This document shows, piece after piece, positions 46,111 to 55,909 of a DNA stretch of 64,000 nt. Location: the NCBI GenBank assembly GCA_031548365.1, contig JAVBRD010000006.1, positions 36,030 through 100,029 of the forward strand, read 5' to 3'. The notes below the pieces were generated by a model. The model was not told the origin of the DNA and did no database searches. It saw only the letters and a program-made list of their open reading frames with translations. Positions within the stretch are counted from its first letter, which is position 1. Each line of letters starts with the position of its first letter. The position numbers and the translations under genes were made by a program. This DNA comes from Eubacteriales bacterium. Lineage in GTDB: Bacteria; Bacillota; Clostridia; Christensenellales; UBA1750.

Positions 46111-49100
46111 ATGAGCGCGCTTGAGTTGTTTCACCCTGCGACCCGCGCGTGGTTTAAGACCACACTCGGCCAACCAAGCCCGCCGCAGGAGGAAGCTTGG
46201 CCGCTTATTGCGCGTGGGGACAATGTGCTGGTCTGCGCGCCGACCGGAACAGGCAAGACACTCTGCGCGTTCATGGCGGGCGTTGACGCGCTTGTTCGCT
46301 CCGCGGTTGCGGGCGAGCTGAACGCAGGGGTTCAAATCCTGTACATTTCGCCGCTTAAAGCGCTGGGTAATGACATCGCCGTCAACCTGGAACGCCCGCT
46401 CAGCGGCATATCTATCGAGCTTGATAAAATGGGACTACCGCACACGCCCATCACCCGCGCGGTCAGAACGGGCGATACGCCGCAGTATGAACGCGCGCGC
46501 ATCCTGCGCACGCCGCCGCATATCCTGATCACCACGCCGGAATCACTCTACCTGTACCTCTCGACCACGAACGGCATGAACCTGCTGTCCGGCGTTAAAA
46601 CCGTCATCATCGACGAGTTGCATGCGCTCATGGAAAACAAACGGGGGACGCATCTCTCGGTCTCCCTTGAGCGTCTCGCCAAGCTGACCGCGTTCCAGCG
46701 CGTTGGGTTGTCAGCGACGATCAAACCGCTTTCGTCCGCGGCGAGTTTTTTGGGCGGACACGAAAAAGGCTCACCGCGAGCCGTGCGGGTCGTCAAACCC
46801 GATATGAAAAAAACGATTGATGTGACCATTGAGAGCTGCGCACCCGAAGACGGGCGGGAGGAGAGCATTTACCAGGGTTTGTTCACGCGCGTGCGGGAGC
46901 TCGCGCTTTCAAGCCAGCGCGTGATGGTGTTCTGCCAGAACCGCATGGTGGCTGAGCGGGTGGCAGCGGGAGTTAACCTCGAGCACGGAGGCGCGCTGTG
47001 CCGCACGCACCATGGCGCGATGTCACGCGAGATGCGGCATGACGTGGAGCACCAGCTGCGCGAAGGAAGTCTGCGGTGCCTGATCGCCACGTCTTCCATG
47101 GAGCTGGGCATTGACGTAGGCGAGATCGATTTGATCATCCAGATCGGCAGTCCGCAGTCGGTCTCTCGCGCGCTCCAGCGCATCGGGCGCGCCGGGCACA
47201 GGCTGGGCGCGGTCAGCCGTATGATCATTTTACCTATGCATGACGCCGACATCTTAGAAAGCGCGTTCATCTCGCGTGCCATGGCCGATGTGGACGTGGA
47301 GCCAATGGCCACCCCGCGCGACGCGCTCGACGTTCTCGCGCAGCACCTCGTCTCCATGGCGTCTGCGCGCGAGTGGGGCGTGGACGAGGCGTTTGAGACG
47401 GTGCGCGGCGCGGACGGATACAAGAATCTGAGCCGCGAAGAGTTTGACCAGGTGCTGCGCATGCTTCGCGGCGATTTCGAGCGCGGCGACGCGCCCGCGC
47501 GCCCGCGTATTCTCTGGGACGAGTCGCGCGGCACCATCCGTGCGGACGGCTACGGGCGCATGCTGTCCCTGTCCTCGGGCGGGACGATCCCCGATCGCGG
47601 CTACTACGGCGTGTACCTGACAGACAACACGACAAAACTTGGCGAGGTCGACGAAATCTTTGTTTTTGAATCCCGCATGGGCGACCGCTTCATGCTGGGC
47701 AGCTTCTGCTGGCGCATTGTGCGTTTCACGCGCGACAGGCTCTATGTTGAGCCAGCGGTTGGGCAGGCGCGTACCAGCTTCTGGATGGGCGATCCCATTG
47801 GCCGCGCCCCCACGCTGGGCGAGCGCATGGGCGCGGAGTGGCGCGAAATCGAACGAAGCGCGGAGGAAGGGCGCATCCGTCAGCTGCTGCGCGAACGATA
47901 CCCGGTCAACGAGGTCGCGATCGACCGCGTGGGCGCGCTCATCGAGAAACAGCTTCAGGCGACCGGGTGTCTTTACAGCGACAAGTCGCTCCTCGTGGAG
48001 CAGTACGCGGACGAAAACGGGCTTTCACAATGGGTGCTCCACTGCCCGCTGGGCCTAAAAGTCAACGGCGCGCTGGCCGCGCTCCTTCAGCAGATCGCGT
48101 GCGAAGCGTTATCTCGCAGCATACAGGCGTATGCCAACGACGACGGCGTGCTTCTTGCGAGCGACGGCACCGCGCCTTTTCCGCGAGGTATGCTCAAGAT
48201 GCTTGATCCCGCGTGCGTGCGCCGGAATCTCGCGGCGTGCCTGCCATCCCAGCCGTCGTTTTCCATCGCGTTCCGTAACGCCGCCGCGCGCGCGCTCCTC
48301 ACAGGCATGAAGAAACTTGGGCAGAGAAGCCCGCTCTGGCTCCAGCGCATCAAGGCGGCGGAACTGCTGGAATCCGCAAGCCACAGGGACGACCATCCGA
48401 TCATCCTGGAAGCTTACCGCGAGTGCATGGAGCGTGTGTACGACGTGGATCGTGCCAAACGCCTGCTTGAGGACATCGCTTCGGGTGAGGCGCAGGTGAT
48501 CGAACGTCACACGCCCGAAGCGTCCGCGCTGACCAAGGCGCTGCGCTACAAACACATGGGTGTGATGATGTACGAGGATCAGGTGCCGCGGGGCGTGCTT
48601 GAAAAGGGCGCGCTCATCGACGACAAGTGGCTTACGCCGCCGGAGCAGGACGCAGGCCCGCCCGAGCTGTCGGAGCGGCCTGCGCCCGTGCCGCCCATGA
48701 ACGCGGAAGCGCTCATGCTCGCGATCCTGCGCGATGGCGGCTGGCCGCGCGCCGAGACCGTGGCGTGTGGGCAGGCGGATCACGCGCGTTCGCTTGTCGC
48801 CGAAGGCCGGGCGGTGTGGATCGACGATCGCCTTTTTGCGTCCAACGAAGCCGGAGACTTCGCTCGCTGGGCGAGAGGAGACATCTCTGCGCTCGGCAGG
48901 CTGGCCGGCCGGCGCCTCTTCTCGCGCGGGCCGATGTCGTCTCGGGCGCTCGCGGAGGGCTTTGGGGTTTCGACGCAAGCGATTGGGGAGTCGCTTGATG
49001 CGCACTTGAATGAAGGACGAGCGGTTGCCGTCCTGGTCGGAGGAGAGCCGGGTTACGCGCACCGGCGCGACGCGGAAAAATCGATGCGCTCGCAGGCGTT

Positions 49101-50256
49101 TGAGCGTCGGGCTGAGGTGACCACACAGCCCGCTGCGCACTACGCCGCGTTTCTGCCCCAGTTTCAGACGCCGCCGGGCGGATCCGGTGAAGACACGCTT
49201 CGTTTCGTGCTCGCGCAGCATCAGCGCGTTTTTTTGCCGCTGGATGTTTGGCTGGAGGTCATCTTCCCTTCGCGCGTAACGGCTTTTAAGCCCGCCAAGC
49301 TCGATGGGGCGCTCAAAGCGGGTGAGTGGACGTATCGCTGCCAAAACGGCGATGTGGCGTTCTATCCGTCGGATGCCGTTTCGGAGGAGTATGTCGTTTT
49401 GCCTGAGCTGGCTGGCGACGCCAAGGAAGTTGGCAACGTGCTGGCGGCCCGAGGCGCTGTGTTTGCCTCCTCGATCTCACAGGCGTGCGGCTTTGGAGGA
49501 GTGCGCCTGTCCGCGGCGCTTCGAGACCTCGTGGAACGCGGTCTTGCCCTCAACGACTCTTTTGAGCCCGTGCTCATGTGGAGCGCGGAAAAGGACCGCG
49601 CGGACATCCGCTCAAGCACGCGGCTGCTGACCGCGGGCGGCAGGTGGGAGCTTGCGCGGAAGATCAGACCCGCGCCCCCCGCGGAACAGCTCGCGCTCTT
49701 GCTCGAGCGATGGGGAATCGTCTCCCGGGCGTCCGCTCTCGCGGATGGCGTAACATGGGATTCGCTCGACGCCGTGCTCACCGCGCGCGAACTGCAAGGC
49801 ACGCTCAGGCGCGGGTATTATACCGAGGGCATGCCGGGAGCGCAGTTCGTGCGGGCGGATGTCCATGAGCGCGTCACGCGCGCGCTCTCGTTTCCCGATG
49901 ACGACGTGCGCTGCTTGTGTGCCGCTGACCCCGCGCTTGCCTACGGACGCGTCTTGGATTGGCCCGTCGACCGGCAGGTCATGCGTCTTGCGAGCAACGC
50001 CGTCGTTCTCTATCGTGGTGACGTTGTGATGACGCTCACGCGCGGCGGACAGATCATCTCCTTTTTCGGCGAACCGGGTCTTTGGCCGGACGCAGCACGC
50101 GCTTTTGTTTCCGCGTTCGAGGACAAGCGTGTGTGGCCCGGTAAACGCCGCGTCACTTCCGCCGAGGTCGCGCCGGCGGAAGGAATTGAAGTGCTCATTG
50201 AAGCAGGGTTTTTTAAAGAGGCGCAGAATTTGGTCAAAGAAAGAACGCGATGGTGA
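46111..50256 (+). CDS. lhr: Lhr-like ATP-dependent DNA helicase, long form
   Basis: FHPATRAWF..QEEAWPLI..CAPTGTGKT, DELH, SATI, HHGAMS, QRIGRAGH, then a DEAD_assoc/WH region and a ~500-aa C-terminal region. The ATG at 46111 follows GAGAGG. Confidence 0.85.
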   Translation: MSALELFHPATRAWFKTTLGQPSPPQEEAWPLIARGDNVLVCAPTGTGKTLCAFMAGVDALVRSAVAGELNAGVQILYISPLKALGNDIAVNLERPLSGISIELDKMGLPHTPITRAVRTGDTPQYERARILRTPPHILITTPESLYLYLSTTNGMNLLSGVKTVIIDELHALMENKRGTHLSVSLERLAKLTAFQRVGLSATIKPLSSAASFLGGHEKGSPRAVRVVKPDMKKTIDVTIESCAPEDGREESIYQGLFTRVRELALSSQRVMVFCQNRMVAERVAAGVNLEHGGALCRTHHGAMSREMRHDVEHQLREGSLRCLIATSSMELGIDVGEIDLIIQIGSPQSVSRALQRIGRAGHRLGAVSRMIILPMHDADILESAFISRAMADVDVEPMATPRDALDVLAQHLVSMASAREWGVDEAFETVRGADGYKNLSREEFDQVLRMLRGDFERGDAPARPRILWDESRGTIRADGYGRMLSLSSGGTIPDRGYYGVYLTDNTTKLGEVDEIFVFESRMGDRFMLGSFCWRIVRFTRDRLYVEPAVGQARTSFWMGDPIGRAPTLGERMGAEWREIERSAEEGRIRQLLRERYPVNEVAIDRVGALIEKQLQATGCLYSDKSLLVEQYADENGLSQWVLHCPLGLKVNGALAALLQQIACEALSRSIQAYANDDGVLLASDGTAPFPRGMLKMLDPACVRRNLAACLPSQPSFSIAFRNAAARALLTGMKKLGQRSPLWLQRIKAAELLESASHRDDHPIILEAYRECMERVYDVDRAKRLLEDIASGEAQVIERHTPEASALTKALRYKHMGVMMYEDQVPRGVLEKGALIDDKWLTPPEQDAGPPELSERPAPVPPMNAEALMLAILRDGGWPRAETVACGQADHARSLVAEGRAVWIDDRLFASNEAGDFARWARGDISALGRLAGRRLFSRGPMSSRALAEGFGVSTQAIGESLDAHLNEGRAVAVLVGGEPGYAHRRDAEKSMRSQAFERRAEVTTQPAAHYAAFLPQFQTPPGGSGEDTLRFVLAQHQRVFLPLDVWLEVIFPSRVTAFKPAKLDGALKAGEWTYRCQNGDVAFYPSDAVSEEYVVLPELAGDAKEVGNVLAARGAVFASSISQACGFGGVRLSAALRDLVERGLALNDSFEPVLMWSAEKDRADIRSSTRLLTAGGRWELARKIRPAPPAEQLALLLERWGIVSRASALADGVTWDSLDAVLTARELQGTLRRGYYTEGMPGAQFVRADVHERVTRALSFPDDDVRCLCAADPALAYGRVLDWPVDRQVMRLASNAVVLYRGDVVMTLTRGGQIISFFGEPGLWPDAARAFVSAFEDKRVWPGKRRVTSAEVAPAEGIEVLIEAGFFKEAQNLVKERTRW

Positions 50257-50286
50257 CAACATGCGCCATCCAGAGGAGGCTTTTGC

Positions 50287-50841
50287 GTGAATCAAGTCAT
50301 CGACGCATTGATGTCGCGGCGCTCCTGCCGCGCTTACAAACCCGACGCCATCCCCGCAGGGACGCTTGAGCAGATTGCGCAATGCGGCCTGTACGCCCCC
50401 AGCGCGATGAACCGCCAGCCTTGGCATATTTCCGTGATATCGGATGCTGCGCTCATCGCCGAGATCAACGGTATCTGCAAGGAAAAAGCGCTTGCCTCCG
50501 GAAACGAGCGGATGATTGAGCGTGCGAGTCAGCCCGGTTTCGACTTGTTTTACGGCGCGCCCGTGCTTATCATCGTTTCGGGCGATATGCAAAACAAGTT
50601 CGCGGAGGGCGACTGTTCAAGCGCGGTGGAAAACATGGCGCTCGCGGCGCACGCGCTTGGGCTGGGTTCCTGCATCATTGCCATGTTCCGGCCCGCCTAT
50701 GAAGGGAACGCCGATCTTGCGCGGCGCACAGGTATCCCCGACAGCTTTACTCCCCTGTTTTCGCTCGCTGTCGGCGTGCGCGCTCAGCCGGACAACGCGC
50801 CTTCGCCGCGCAGAGAGAACACGCTGACGTACGTGAAATAA
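50287..50841 (+). CDS. nitroreductase family protein
   Basis: MSRRSCRAYK..APSAMNRQPW.. pattern. GTG start. Confidence 0.85.
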   Translation: MNQVIDALMSRRSCRAYKPDAIPAGTLEQIAQCGLYAPSAMNRQPWHISVISDAALIAEINGICKEKALASGNERMIERASQPGFDLFYGAPVLIIVSGDMQNKFAEGDCSSAVENMALAAHALGLGSCIIAMFRPAYEGNADLARRTGIPDSFTPLFSLAVGVRAQPDNAPSPRRENTLTYVK

Positions 50842-50880
50842 GGCGAACGAAATACGTCTACTTAGCTTTAGAAAAGGAAT

Positions 50881-52176
50881 GTGCATATGAATTTCAGCTT
50901 GCTTCATCCGGCCGACCAACTCGTTATGATCATGGACAGGATCTACCGCTTCGGCATGACGACCACGTCCGGCGGCAATCTTTCGATTCTGGACGACGCG
51001 GGCGATCTGTGGATAACGCCCAGCGGTGTGGACAAGGGATCGCTCACGCACGGGGACATCATCTGTATAAAAAAAGACGGACGGATGGTGGGCAGGCATA
51101 AGCCTTCGGTCGAGCTTCCCTTTCACCAGCACATCTACGAGATTCGGCCCGACATTCGCGCGATTGTCCACGCGCACCCGCCGGGCCTGGTCGCGTTTTC
51201 GCTTGTACGCAGGGCGCCGGAGGTGCATCTCACGCCTGATGTGACGGCGGTGTGCGGCAAAGTGGGCATGGCTGCGTATGAAGTCCCCGGTTCGGCGGAG
51301 TTGGGAGAGAGAATCGCCGAGCGTTTCGAGCAAGGCTGCGGGTCGGTGATGATGGAGAATCACGGATGCGTCATCGGCGGAAACGATCTTTTTCACGCGT
51401 TCAAAGCGTTTGAGACGCTTGAGTTTTGCGCACGGCTTGAGATCGACGCGCTCAAACTGGGCAAGCCGCGCGCCCTCAACGAGGATCAGATTGCGCTGCA
51501 CATGCGCAGGCAGACGCCGGCGTTTGACGAGTTCGTCCCGCGTGTCCACGAAAGCTTTGAGCGCGAGGCACGTCAGGAACTGTGCGAACTGATCCATCGC
51601 GCGTACGCGCAGCGGCTGTTCTCCAGCACGCAGGGGACGTTCTCGCGGCGTCTGGCGGACGGTTCCTTCCTCATCACGCCTTATAATGTCGACCGCATGT
51701 ACTTAGAGCCTCAGGATATCGTGCGCATGAAGAACGGGATGCGCGAGTCCGGTAAGACGCCAAGCCGCTCCGCGTCGCTGCACGCGGCAATTTACGAGAA
51801 GCACCCGGACGTGGGCTCGGTGCTCATCGCGCACCCGCCCGCCATCATGGCGTTTGCCGTCACGGACACGGTGTTCGATTCGCGCACCATCCCCGAGAGC
51901 TACATCAACCTCCGCGATGTGCGCAAGCTTCCCTTCGGGTCGAGTTTCCTGGACATTGAGAAAACCGCATCCGAGTTTTCCGAAAAAACGCCCGTGCTGC
52001 TGGTTGAGAACGACTGCGCGCTCGTCGTGGGCAAGACGCTTTTGCACGCGTTCGACCGGCTAGAGGTCGCGGAGTATAGCGCGCGCGCGCTCATTTCCAC
52101 GCGGGAGCTTGGCGAGGTGGTCGCGATCAATGACGAGCAGGTGGCGACCATCAACAAAGCGTTTGGCCTGACTTGA
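50881..52176 (+). CDS. tandem class II aldolase/adducin-domain protein
   Basis: 431 aa with two aldolase_II folds. Domain 1 keeps GGNLS, SVE, HAHPP and NHG. Domain 2 has QGTFS, SAS, IAHPP and NDC at the same positions. Confidence 0.8.
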   Translation: MHMNFSLLHPADQLVMIMDRIYRFGMTTTSGGNLSILDDAGDLWITPSGVDKGSLTHGDIICIKKDGRMVGRHKPSVELPFHQHIYEIRPDIRAIVHAHPPGLVAFSLVRRAPEVHLTPDVTAVCGKVGMAAYEVPGSAELGERIAERFEQGCGSVMMENHGCVIGGNDLFHAFKAFETLEFCARLEIDALKLGKPRALNEDQIALHMRRQTPAFDEFVPRVHESFEREARQELCELIHRAYAQRLFSSTQGTFSRRLADGSFLITPYNVDRMYLEPQDIVRMKNGMRESGKTPSRSASLHAAIYEKHPDVGSVLIAHPPAIMAFAVTDTVFDSRTIPESYINLRDVRKLPFGSSFLDIEKTASEFSEKTPVLLVENDCALVVGKTLLHAFDRLEVAEYSARALISTRELGEVVAINDEQVATINKAFGLT

Positions 52177-52200
52177 ACGCTCAGGGATGCGAATGAAAGG

Positions 52201-52734
52201 GTGAACGCGATGGACAACGGCCTAGTACGCGAGATCAGGAAAATTCTGCCCGTGAACACTGTGGGACGATACGACCTGCTGCCCATTTTCCGTCACGTCG
52301 ATCTTTTTGACGCCATTGTGACCGAAATGAGCGCGGCGTATGTCGGCAAAGTCGATCTGGTCGTCGCGCCGGAAGCGATCGGGTGGATCATTGGCACTGC
52401 GATCGCGCGTGAGCTCGGCGTGGGCTTTGTGCCGATTCGCAAGCACGGACGCCTTCCTTATCCGCAGCAAGCAGTGGTTTCCCGCCCGTTTGTCGACTAC
52501 ACCGCCACGACGAAAGCGCTTGAGCTCGCCATCAACGCTCTTGAGGCGGGCAGCCGCGTTTTGGTCGTTGATGAGTGGGTCGAAACAGGCGCGCAGGTGC
52601 GCAGCTGTATGGAGCTTGTGGCGCAGCTTGATTGCCCAACTGTCGGCATCGCCACCATCGGACTTGACTTGAACGAGCACACCAAAGAGTGGATCGATGA
52701 AGGGTTTGTCTCGTACATCATGCTTGAGGTGTAA
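52201..52734 (+). CDS. adenine phosphoribosyltransferase-like protein (divergent)
   Basis: VDLVVAPEAIGWIIGTAIARELGVGFVPIRKHGRLP and GSRVLVVDEWVETGAQV align with Apt (IDLVVGPEARGFIIG..GVGFAPVRKEGKLP; RVLITDDLLATGGT), but with substitutions in the PRPP motifs. Confidence 0.65.
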   Translation: MNAMDNGLVREIRKILPVNTVGRYDLLPIFRHVDLFDAIVTEMSAAYVGKVDLVVAPEAIGWIIGTAIARELGVGFVPIRKHGRLPYPQQAVVSRPFVDYTATTKALELAINALEAGSRVLVVDEWVETGAQVRSCMELVAQLDCPTVGIATIGLDLNEHTKEWIDEGFVSYIMLEV

Positions 52735-52869
52735 AGAGTGAAACGGGAGAGTGCTCTGTTTATGCGGACATTCCGTGAATGCACGATATTTGGCGTGTCC
52801 GCTTTGATTTCGGGTGGTGATATGCTATGATAAACAGGTACGGGTGGGACGCGCGAAAGGGGATTTTGG

Positions 52870-53871
52870 ATGAGCGGAGCGGTGCGATGGGGCGTCTGGG
52901 GCACGGGCAGGATCGCTCACAGGTTCACGGCGTGCGCGGGGCTGTCGCAGGATGCCTCGTTCCTCGCGGTGGCGTCGCGTTCGCTTGAGAAGGCGCACGC
53001 ATTTGCGGCCGAGTTTCGTTTGCCTCGCGCGTACCAGGGGCTTGACGCGCTGCTTGCCGATCCGGATGTGGAAGCCGTGTACATCACCTCGCCCCATCAG
53101 GCGCACGCGGGCGACACCCTTCGAGCGCTCATGGCGGGAAAGCACGTGCTGTGCGAAAAACCGTTTTCCGTCAACGCACGGGAAGCTGAGGATATGGTCG
53201 ATCTCGCGCGCGAAAAAAGGCTTTTTCTGATGGAAGGCATGTGGACCCGTTTTTTTCCGGCAACCAGGCGCATCATGGAGGTCATCGCGTCTGGCGCGAT
53301 CGGCGACGCGCGCATGGTGACAGCGAGCTTCGGCTTTCGCACGACGGCGGGCGTTGAGTCGCGCATCATCAACCCCGAAACAGCCGGAGGAAGTTTACTG
53401 GATCTGGGCGTGTACGTGCTCAGCTATGCGTCCATGGTGTTCGGAGGAGACGCGCCGGAAGCGGTTGAGGGTGTTGCGCGCATCGGCGCCGAAGGCGTGG
53501 ACGAGCAGTGCGCGGCGTCTGTGATGTATTCGGGCGGGCGCATCGCGGCGGTGCAGTGCGGTGTTCGCACGCGAATGGTCACGCGTGTGAACGTATACGG
53601 CGAAAACGGCATGATCGAGGTGCCGGATTTTTACCACGCATCGCGTTTTTACGTCGAAAAACCGGGTGAAACGAAGGTTGAGGAGTGTCATCCGTACGAG
53701 GGGGAAGGCTTCCAATTTGAGATGGACCATGTGAGCCGGTGCATTCGCGGCGGTCTGACGGAAAGTCCGCTTGTGCCGCTCGACGAGTCGGTGCGCGTGA
53801 TGCGGACCATGGACGCGCTCAGAAGCAAGTGGGGTCTGTCATATCCATTTGAGATGTCAAACGAAGCATAG
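52870..53871 (+). CDS. Gfo/Idh/MocA family oxidoreductase
   Basis: N-terminal Rossmann WGVWGTGRIA, LCEKP motif, C-terminal alpha/beta domain. Confidence 0.88.
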   Translation: MSGAVRWGVWGTGRIAHRFTACAGLSQDASFLAVASRSLEKAHAFAAEFRLPRAYQGLDALLADPDVEAVYITSPHQAHAGDTLRALMAGKHVLCEKPFSVNAREAEDMVDLAREKRLFLMEGMWTRFFPATRRIMEVIASGAIGDARMVTASFGFRTTAGVESRIINPETAGGSLLDLGVYVLSYASMVFGGDAPEAVEGVARIGAEGVDEQCAASVMYSGGRIAAVQCGVRTRMVTRVNVYGENGMIEVPDFYHASRFYVEKPGETKVEECHPYEGEGFQFEMDHVSRCIRGGLTESPLVPLDESVRVMRTMDALRSKWGLSYPFEMSNEA

Positions 53872-53890
53872 GGAGTAGAGGAGGTTTCGC

Positions 53891-54745
53891 ATGTCCAACT
53901 TTGTTTTGTCTGGCTTTGGAGACGAGATTGACGCAAGTCTCGATGTCCAAATGGAAGTCATGGCGGGTCTTGGGATCCGTCACATTGAGCTGCGCGGCGT
54001 CGACGCGCGCAGTATCGCGGCTTTCAACCCCAGGGAAGCGGCCGTGCTCAGACGGCGCATGGACGCCAAGGGATTTAAGGTGTCCGCGCTTGGATCGCCG
54101 TACGGTAAAATCGGTATCATGGACGAGTTTGAGCCGCATTTGGTGCAGTTCAAGGTTTCGCTTGAGGTCGCTGAGATACTGGGCGCTCCCAACATCCGCA
54201 TGTTCAGCTTTGTGGTTCCCGAAGGCGTCGACCCGGCGTCGGTGCGCAGCGAGGTCATGCGCAGGCTTGAGGCATTTGTTGAGGCGGCGCAAGGGAAAAG
54301 CATCAAGCTATTGCATGAGAACGAGAAGCACATCTTCGGCGATGTGACCGAGCGCTGTGTGGATATCATGGAGACGTTCAAAGGCGCGATCCGCTTCACG
54401 TACGACCCTTCGAATTTCGTGCAGTGCGGCGTTGACAATGCAATCAGCTTCAAAGCGCTCCGCCCGTATATCGACTACATGCACATCAAGGATTCGGTCT
54501 ATTCGAAGGAAAAAGCGGCTTTCGACAAAGGTTTTGACACCGTGTCCGACGTCCACCGCCCTGCGGGCTACGGCGACGGCAAGGTTGAATGGATACTCCG
54601 CGAACTCGTGAAGTCAGGCTGGACGGGTTTTGCGTCCATTGAGCCGCACTTGACGCGCAACGACGCGGTTCCCGGCACGGGTGCGGACAAGTTTATCTGC
54701 GCAGCGAACGCGCTCACGGAACTTATCGCCAAGATCAGCGTTTAA
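53891..54745 (+). CDS. sugar phosphate isomerase/epimerase (xylose isomerase-like TIM barrel)
   Basis: 284 aa. ..GIRHIELRG.., ..NIRMFSF.., ..LLHENE.., ..ASIEPH.. fit the AP_endonuc_2 family pattern. Confidence 0.85.
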   Translation: MSNFVLSGFGDEIDASLDVQMEVMAGLGIRHIELRGVDARSIAAFNPREAAVLRRRMDAKGFKVSALGSPYGKIGIMDEFEPHLVQFKVSLEVAEILGAPNIRMFSFVVPEGVDPASVRSEVMRRLEAFVEAAQGKSIKLLHENEKHIFGDVTERCVDIMETFKGAIRFTYDPSNFVQCGVDNAISFKALRPYIDYMHIKDSVYSKEKAAFDKGFDTVSDVHRPAGYGDGKVEWILRELVKSGWTGFASIEPHLTRNDAVPGTGADKFICAANALTELIAKISV

Positions 54746-54778
54746 AGGGATTCCCCATAAAACAAGGAGGTCATTGTC

Positions 54779-55810
54779 ATGTCCAAGGTTCTTAAGTCCG
54801 CCGTCGTCGGATGCGGTGCCATCGGCCCCACGCACGCCCGTTCTTTGCAGGGTATTGAGAACGGTCAGCTCGTCGCCGTATGTGACATCATCGCAGAGCG
54901 CGCGCAAAAGGTCGCCGACCAGTATCCGGGCGTTGCGGTCTACACTGACTTTGATACCATGCTCAAAGAGTGCGATTTTGACATCCTTCACGTTTGCCTT
55001 CCGAGCGGCATGCACGCCGACTTCGGCTGCGCGGGCGCGAAAGCGGGAAAACACATCATCACGGAAAAGCCGATTGACGTAACGCTTGAAGCCGCAGACC
55101 GCCTGATCAAGACTTGCAAGGATTGCGGCGTAACGCTCTCAACGATCTCCCAGCACCGCTTCGATCCCGATATCGCCAAGCTCAAAGAGTGGGTGGACGA
55201 GGGCAAACTCGGCCGCCTGACAACGGGCTGCTCGCACACCAAGTGGTATCGCAGCCAGGAATACTACGACTCCGGTGACTGGCGCGGCACGTGGGCGCTG
55301 GACGGCGGAGGCGCGCTGATGAACCAATCGGTTCACTATGTCGATATGCTCCAGCACATGATGGGCGAAGTGGATGAGGTTTCCGCGGTTTGGGGCACGC
55401 TCACGCACGAGCGCATTGAAGTGGAAGACATCGTTCTGGCGACACTGAAGTTCAAGTCCGGCGCGCTGGGCATTCTTGAGGGCAATACCACCTGCTACCC
55501 GGGGTTCAGCACTCGCCTTGACGTTTACGGCACCAAGGGCGGCGTTGTCATCGAGGGTGATCAGCTCAAGGAATATCGCTTCGAGGGCGAAAAGTGGACG
55601 TTTGATCCGAGTAAGGTCGAAGAAAAGGGCGGCGCGGGAAGCGCGGCAATCCGCGGAAACAGCCATCAGCGCCAGATTCAGGATGTCATCAACGCCATCA
55701 ACGAAGGCCGTCAGCCCAAGATCACAGGCGAAAGCGCGCGGCATCCGCTCGCGGTTATCCTCGCCGTTTACGAATCCGCTCGCACCGGCAAGTGGGTCAA
55801 AGTGAAGTAA
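54779..55810 (+). CDS. Gfo/Idh/MocA family oxidoreductase
   Basis: AVVGCGAIGPTHA, ITEKP, typical C-domain. Confidence 0.88.
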   Translation: MSKVLKSAVVGCGAIGPTHARSLQGIENGQLVAVCDIIAERAQKVADQYPGVAVYTDFDTMLKECDFDILHVCLPSGMHADFGCAGAKAGKHIITEKPIDVTLEAADRLIKTCKDCGVTLSTISQHRFDPDIAKLKEWVDEGKLGRLTTGCSHTKWYRSQEYYDSGDWRGTWALDGGGALMNQSVHYVDMLQHMMGEVDEVSAVWGTLTHERIEVEDIVLATLKFKSGALGILEGNTTCYPGFSTRLDVYGTKGGVVIEGDQLKEYRFEGEKWTFDPSKVEEKGGAGSAAIRGNSHQRQIQDVINAINEGRQPKITGESARHPLAVILAVYESARTGKWVKVK

Positions 55811-55883
55811 GGAGCAGAGAACGGGGTACGGGAGGCATGGCCTCCGGCGGCCACTTGACGTGAAAAGTGGAAAAGCACTGTAT

Positions 55884-55909
55884 GGCACGCCCGCGCAGGC
55901 GGGCGTGCC
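55884..55909. other. perfect GC-rich hairpin in a 193-bp intergenic gap
   Basis: GGCACGCCCGC-GCAG-GCGGGCGTGCC (11-bp stem, 4-nt loop) with no T-run on either side. Confidence 0.5.

Noticed and set aside
48109-49344. 411-aa ORF antisense to lhr (and similar ones at 46869-47537 and 49612-50592)
   Set aside because: Arg-rich mirror frames of a gene with clear helicase motifs, with no independent support.
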